From Eledone cirrhosa (lineage: Eukaryota): DNA of 64,000 nucleotides. The stretch is taken from positions 190,216,001 to 190,280,000 of the forward strand of contig OZ024742.1 in assembly GCA_964016885.1 (NCBI GenBank). Direction: 5' to 3'. The notes beneath the pieces were generated by a model, which did not search any database, was not told where the DNA came from, and was given only the letters and a program-made list of their open reading frames with translations. Shown here one piece after another: positions 56,914 through 64,000 of this stretch. Position 1 is the first letter of the stretch. Every line of letters begins with the position of its first letter. A program made the translations under genes and the position numbers.

Positions 56914-58596
56914 ATGGATTCCAACAACGAAAAAAAAAAATTTGAAAAATTGCATGACAATATTAATACCGCAAACAAAGACACAACAAACACAAAAATA
57001 ACATTTGAAAACAACATCATAACAGAAAGCAAAGCAGACGACAAAGTCAACACCAATAAGATTTCATTTGCACAAACAACAAAGAAATCGTTGACATATA
57101 TACCTGAAAATATTTCAGATGTGGCACAAAGAATTGCAGACGCCAAACAATATATAACTGAAGGAGAGAATGGTATTTTATCGGTAAAAATGCCTCAAGA
57201 ACTCACCAAAGACATTAAAAGTCGAACGGTCGTTTTCCGCACCATCAACAACACTTCAAAAAGACCTGAACAGCCAACTCAAACAGAAATCAAAACAGTA
57301 CTCACAGAAGTACTTAATGAAACCACTTTCATAAGAAAAGACAGACTGTATGGAAGCCTAGCGATTATTATGAAGAACGAATCGGCGGCAATAAAATGTG
57401 CTTTGTCACCGATTCGTTCGAAAAATTTTACCTTTTATCCATCTTATATGGGTAAAAGAACTCAACGCATATGGCTGGATGCAATGATGCCAGATGTGGA
57501 CTACTGCTGGCTCATAGCTGGCTTCATTGATCCAGCGAATGACAACGTGATTTCCATTGGGAAAACCACAGGCAATGCGTTCAGTGGAACAGGTATAGAG
57601 CTTGTAGTGTAAATGAAGCCTGAACGCATCGCCCAAATACCCGACAGAATCCTATTAGAGAGCCACGGGTATATAAACATTAGCGTGGAGGGGAGAAGAC
57701 CGTCCTGTCATATCTGTGCAGGCAGAGGGCACCTGAAGGCGGCTTGTCCCCAACTCAACAAAAAGAAAACCCTGCTACCAACACCAGCTCCACCACCACC
57801 ACCACCACAACAGATAAACAAACAACAAAACTCAGTCCAACCCAACCCGTCCCTCAGTAAAACTACACCACCACCACAACACAAACAGTCACAAAACATT
57901 ACCCCAAAACAAAATAGTGGCCCACCCAACCCATCACTCAATAAAACAACACAACCACCGCAGCCACAACACACAACACAGTCTAACATAGTGACATCCA
58001 TCTCCCCCACAAAGAAAACCAACACGGAAACATTACCAGCAAACATACCTCTTCCCTCCAACACTGAAGATAACCCAACGAATTCCGAGGAAGAAACGGA
58101 GTCCTTCAGACAGATTAAAAGGAAAAAAAGAAAACATGTGCAAAACACACAAGGCCAAACAACCCCCACCCAAATGTCAACACAATCCAACAAAACACAA
58201 AACACCCCTCCAGCAACAAACAAAACCAAACCTGCCCCTCCCCTCTTCGAAACACTCACACCATCCGAAAAAAAGACATTACACTATACTTACATCAACA
58301 GAAACAATAATAAATTAAGTGAACTCATAAACAATAATCCTTCGGTACAAACCGAAGGTGTAAACTTTGTTTCTTCAGAAAACTACCCACATTTAAAATT
58401 AATAAAGATCCCAATGAACCTCTACCAAAAACTAAAAAAGGATTTTAAGGAGGACGTAGGACCACCCTCCGCCAAACCCATAAACAGCGTCCTACTAAAA
58501 AGCTTTCCCCCTCCCCTTCCCCACCCCAACACAACTCCAAACACCCCAACCCCACCACACACTGACGACCCCACACCACCACAAAACACCCCTTGA
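56914..58596 (+). pseudogene. LINE ORF1 (zinc-knuckle protein) with in-frame TAA at 57610-57612
   Basis: Two ORFs in the same frame; CHICAGRGHLKAAC CCHC knuckle; P/T/Q-rich C-terminus. Confidence 0.8.
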
Positions 58597-58689
58597 CCCA
58601 ACACCCCCGACCCCATGGAAGTCGTGCGACCCGAACCCCGGGAAGCAGAAAGGTAGGTTTCTACACTCTCCTTTGGCTCTGCCGCCCAC

Positions 58690-61600
58690 ATGGATGTGTT
58701 AAGAGTAGGATGTTTGAATGCACGGGGCCTGGGCTCAACTTGGAAGCAAGCAAAGCTTCTAAATGACCTCAGGTCATGTGGTATAAATGTAATGGTTATC
58801 TGTGAGACTCGGATCAGCGTCGTGCGGCAGCTGGCCCCTACCTTCGATGACTTTGAGGTGCATGCATCTCTCTGTCAACCTGGAGGTGGGGGTGGGGTTG
58901 TCGTACTGCTGCAAAACACCTGGGTCTTGCCGTACAGGTTGTTCACTCGGACCCGGAGGGTCGTTTGTTGGTGCTAGACGTTGGCAGTAGTGAAGGTGCG
59001 GCCTTGAGACTGGTCGCCGTCTACTCCCCTTTCGGAGCTGAACGGCCCGACTTCTTCCAGCGTTTGGAGACTTTTCTGGGAATGTCGCGTTCCCTGCTTC
59101 TAGCGGGGGATTGGAATGAAATCCTAGATGCACGTTGGGACTATGCAGGAGCATGTCCTAATAGAGGGGGGTTTAACAGCCTCAAGGGGTTACTCGACCG
59201 TTTTAACTTGGTCGATAGATATCGACTAGATTTTCCAACTGTGCCTACCTGGACTTGGAGAAACCACAGTGGTCAATCTAGATCGTACTTAGATAGATTC
59301 TTAGTTAGAAGTAAGGATAGGGACATATTAAGCTGTCCAGAAATGCGCACGGTTGGCTATACGGATCACAAATTAGTGACCTGCGTAGTCAATCTCGAGA
59401 AAACACATAAACAGGGTCCCGGTTACTGGAAACTTAATTTGTCTTTACCGGCAAAAGAGACTTACAGAAACCGGATTAGCAGATTAGTTAAGGAGAGGTT
59501 GACGGGTGCAATCGTCAACAACCGATGGTGGGCATCTCTCAAAAGAGAGATTAGAACAGAATCAATAAGTTATAGCAAGATGTTAGCTGCCGATAGAAAT
59601 AGAAACGAGAAAGAATTAACAGGAAAATTAGAAGAGGCAATCAAGAGCGAAGATGTGGCCAGAGTGCTGGCATCGAGGACGGCCTTGAACCAGTTTTTCG
59701 ATGCAAAGCACGAAGGCTGCGTCATTCGAAGTAAAATACGTGCTCTAGGTAATGAGGGGGCCAAAGCCGTTGGCTGGACCCGCGTGACAGAAGCTAAGAG
59801 TGGAAATCGATCCACCATCAGGTCGTTGCAAGACGAGGATGGACGGGTGATCCGGGAGCCTAAGCAGATGTGCGAGGCCTTTCAAAGGCACTTTGCCCGA
59901 TTATTCGGGGGAGGCGAGGGTCCGGGCGGGGACGTGGATTTCGGTCCATACCTCGACGGCCTGCCGCGTCTCTCGAACGAAGAGGCAGAGTCCTGCGAGG
60001 GACCAATCTCGGCTGATGAGATCGGAGATGCGCTGAGCCAATGCAGCAGACGCAAATCTCCAGGTCTCGATGGTATACCTTACGAACTTTATTTAGCAAT
60101 GCCGGTCTTCTCCGAACTCCTCGAAGCGGTCTACTGCAATTGGCAGCAGAACGGGAGAATTCCTTGTTCTGTAGCCAAGGGCGTAGTCTCGCTGGTGAGG
60201 AAGGACGAGAACAAGGGGAATAGTATAAATAATTTTCGGCCCATAACCCTGCTAAACACAGAGTTAAAGATTCTGGCCAAGGTGTCAGCAAAGAGGTTGG
60301 CGCTTGTCGTGGGTAGCCTGGTGGGAGATGCGCAGACATGTGCTATCCCATCCAGGTCCATTCACGATAACCTCCACCTCATGCGATACATCATAGAGAG
60401 GGTTGGCAACAAACCCGGCTTCGGTGGGGCCCTGATCAACTTGGATCAGTCTAAGGCCTTCGATAGGGTCGACCATGGTTACCTGGATGCGGTGCTAGCG
60501 GCGGCTGGGTTCGGTCCTGTTTTCAGAGGCTGGATCACTGCCTTACATAGCAACCACATCTGTTCTAGGATCAAGGTGAACGGCTACCTTTCGAAGCCGT
60601 TCGAAATCACACGATCCATTCGACAGGGGTGCCCTCTCTCCTCCCTTCTGTACGTATTGACTATCGAGCCTTTACTGAGGAAGTTAGAGTTGTTGCAGGG
60701 TATCCCCCTGGAACCAGGATTGAGCAAAGCGGTGTCGGCCTACGCCGATGACGTAACAGTAATGGTATCGACCGACTCGGAGATCGAGGCGATCGGTACC
60801 TTACTGGAGGATTACGAAAGGTTGTCAGGAGCGAAACTGAACCGGGAAAAATCCATCGGGCTGCAACTCGGAACGTGGAGAGGCAGACCGATGCCTCCCG
60901 ACGGTGTCGTCGGACACTGGACGGAGGGCCCGGTAAAGTTGCTTGGGGTCTGGTTTGGACCGGACCTCCAGGTGGAAAATAACTGGGACGAGGTTACGAA
61001 CAAGGTGTTTGCACTAACCCAGAAATGGGCCAAGTGTAAGCTGTCCCTAAAAGGCGTTTTGGGGGCTACATCCCCCCCCCCCGAAAAAGTGTGCAACACC
61101 TTTCCTTAGGAGCACAGAGAGGGGGTGATCCTTTGCAGTTCCACGTTTCCACCTACAGGCGAACATTTACATAGCGTCCGTCACTTACTACCGCCTGACT
61201 TTCGTGCCTTGCCCTAAGGAAACACTCACCACCATGGAACGCATGCTCTTCCAATTTCTTTGGAAGAAGCGCCCTTCTATGGTGAGAAGATCCATCTGCT
61301 GCCAACAACCTTCGAAAGGAGGGCTGGGGATGCCGTGGTTGATGATGCGTAGGCACGCATTAAGGCTACGGCACCTACAGGTATTCCTCACTGGTCAACC
61401 GGTGTGGGCTCCGTTCGTGAAACGAGCCTTTCCGAACTCGTCTCGCTCACCGAGCTGCAGTCCTGGGTCAAGCAAAGATCCGGAAAACTGGGAGACTGGC
61501 ACACTGAGTGTGCTCAGGCGCTCAGGGCTCTCTGGCAAGCGGGCCAGACCATCGGTGGAGAATCCACCTCATCATTCTATAGAGGGCTGGTGGCTCGCAG

Positions 61601-62213
61601 GGGCGATGACACCCTTGGAGAGTCGCTGGACATGGAAGACGATGAACTGGCCAGCCTGTTCGGTAGGACTTTCGGCCCGGGACCAATGGACAACTTCCAG
61701 AAGTCACTAGCCTGGCAGTGCTACCGGGGGGCTCTACCCGTTCGAGAGAGGCTCTACAGACACGGGCGCCCGGGCAGGGATCCCTCGAAAAAGATTTGCC
61801 CTAGATGCGTGCGTCACGAAGAAACCGTTGCGCACGCATTGGTGCAATGTCCGGGCGTGGCTGATCTGTAGGGCTACGCCGAACGACTGCTGTCGCGGGT
61901 GGCACCGATTCAATTGACCGCCGAGTCTGTGATGACAATCAAACCGCCTCCCCTCTTCACAAAGGAAGCAAAGGCGGTTTTTCTGTGCGTAATAGCCATG
62001 TTGAAAGAGGTTGTTTGGTGGACACGATTGAAAGGTCTGAGGTCAGGCAACTTCCTCTCTGGCCATAGTCTGGTCTACTTCTTCCGATATCGCTTCGGAA
62101 GAAGGATAAGAATGGAGAGAGAGGTGCTTGGCCACAGGCAGTTTTATGAAAGGTGGATGATAGTGGCGAGAATGGCTCGTGTAAATGGGCCTTCTCTGTA
62201 TACCATCCTGTAG
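58690..62213 (+). pseudogene. LINE ORF2 (AP endonuclease, RT, CCHC), disrupted
   Basis: CLNARGL, CETR, AGDWN, YLDRFL, TDHKLV; SPGLDG, FRPITLLN, LDQSKAFDRVDH, IRQGCPLS, AYADDV; CPRC..ETVAHALVQC. Frameshifts near 58915 and 61430, insertion 61052-61160, TAG 61869-61871. Confidence 0.92.
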
Positions 62214-62650
62214 GTAAAGAAGTGAAGGAGAGGGGAGCACCTTCTCCATGTGCTCCCCGGGCAAAGGATTGCACACTTTTTCGGGAGGGGTGTGCAACCC
62301 CCATCACGTCCCCTCCCCTTTGAGGTTGTTTTCGATTATTTTCATGTTACACCCTTTTTACTCGATTGTATGTAAACTCCCCCTTTTTATTTGTCCCTTC
62401 TTTTTATGCCTTTATGGTAAATAAAGAAATATATCTATCTATCTATCTATCTATATGTCTATCTATTTATCTATTTATCTATCTATCTATATGTCTGTCT
62501 GTATATCTATCTAGCTGTCTGTCTGTCTGTCTATCTATATATCTATCTCAATATCTCTCTCTATATATATATATTACCCACTCTACTACCCTAAGTATTG
62601 AGTACTCTGGTGCGTTATGGTCCATCTGGTTCCTTACCACAACTCCTTCG

Positions 62651-62696
<46 letters not shown>

Positions 62697-62701
<5 letters not shown>

Positions 62702-64000
62702 TTTCTATTTATTTGCCACGAGGGCACAAAAGAAGGGGACAAATACAAGGGGGGAGTTTACATAAAGGAACGAGTAAAAAACAAATAACAAATATAACAT
62801 TAACAATACAGTCCTCAATAGGGAGGAGGCGTTTTGGGGGTTACACCCCCCCCCCCGAAAAAGTGTGCAACCCCTTTCCTTAGGAGCACAGAGAGGGGGT
62901 GATCCTTTGCACTTCCACCTTTCCACCTACAGGCTGATAAAGAGAGAAGGCCCATTCACACGGGCCATTCTCGCTACTTTCACCCACCCACCTTTCATAA
63001 AACTTGCTGGGGTAGAGCACCTCTCTCTCCATTCTGATCCTTCTCTTAAAATGGTATTTAAAGAAAAGGACCAGTTGTTGGCCGGAGAGAAAGGTGTCCG
63101 ACCTCAGCCCTTTCAAACGTGTCCACCATACCACCTCTTTCACCTTGGCTATTACACAGAGGAAGACTGCTTCTCCTTCATTTTTGAAGGAGGGAGGCGG
63201 CTTGATCGTTACAATGAACTCAGTGGTCAACCGGATGGGTCCCACCTGTGACAGCAGTCGTTCGACATAGCCCCACATCGGCAACGCCCGAGCAGTGTAC
63301 CAATGCGTGCGCAACGGTTTTCTCGTAGCGCACGCATCTGGTATAGATTTTTTTCGAGGGGTCCCTACCCGGGTGCCCGTGTCTGTAGAGCTTTTCTCGA
63401 ACGGGCAGCGCCCCTCGGTAGCACTGCTAGGCCAGAGACTTCTGGAAGTTGTCCATAGGTTCCAGCCAAATGTCGTCCCGAATAGGCTGGCCAGTTCGTC
63501 TTCTTCCATGCCTAGGGCTTGTCCGAAAACTCGTCGCACCTACTAACCACCAGCCCTCTATAGAATGACGAGGTGGAATCTCCACTGATAGTCGGGTCCG
63601 CCTGCCAGAGAGCCGTGAGCGCCTGGGCACACTCGGTGTGCCAGGCGCCCAGTTTTCTCGGTCTTTGCTTGACCCAGGACTGCAGCTCAGTGAGCGAGAC
63701 GAGTCTCAGAAAGGCTCGCCTCACAAACGGGGCCCACACCGGTTGACCGGTGAGGAATACCTGGAGGTGCCGTAGCCTTAATGCGTGTTTACGCATCATC
63801 AGCCACGGCATCCCCAGCTCTCCTTTGGAAGGGTGTTGACAGCAGATGGATCTCCTCACCAAAGAAACCCGCTTCTTCCAAAGGAATTGGAAGAGTGCGC
63901 GCTCCCTTTTGGTGAGCGTTTCCCTTGGGCAAGGCAAGACGGTCAGGCGGTAATAGATGACGGACACTATATTAGCGTTCGCCACCCCCGCCTGACCTTT
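62697..64000 (-). mobile_element. L1/Tx1-type LINE 3' portion running off the window
   Basis: YYRLTVLPCP...LFQFLWKK...GELGMP; homologous to 61050-62430; tail-to-tail with the + copy. Confidence 0.9.

Larger units (their letters stand above)
56510..62432 (+). mobile_element. Full-length L1/Tx1-type LINE between (TATC)n arrays
   Basis: ORF1 and ORF2 architecture, AATAAA near the 3' end, (TATC)n at 56428-56503 and after 62432. Confidence 0.9.

Overview
Repeat-dominated, AT-rich eukaryotic DNA with no recognisable host gene. The microsatellite load and SINE content suggest a cephalopod such as Octopus (inference). Nearly all long ORFs in the track are translations of microsatellite or minisatellite arrays. 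Real coding signal comes only from transposons: a near-intact R4/Dong-type RLE LINE (7761-11154), two inverted-form Penelope-like elements (PLEs) with Naiad-type RT/GIY-YIG (16082-18308, 37654-40176), further GIY-YIG remnants (4240-4473, 43521-43661), a full-length but mutated L1/Tx1-type LINE with two partial sister copies (53110-64000), CRE-like and RTE 3' fragments, a Helitron helicase remnant, a non-autonomous Helitron and many tRNA-derived SINEs. The main hidden structure is a dense set of type I hammerhead ribozyme (HHR) motifs, more than 15 copies from about ten sequence families. Many lie in fold-back palindromes with one layout: (TA)n - arm - apex - arm - unpaired 60-95 bp tail - (TA)n. 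In three of them the apex falls on the ribozyme core or stem II, and tails of several unrelated families share a TTGAGTRC-like motif. All alignments and folds were done by eye, and repeat boundaries are approximate.
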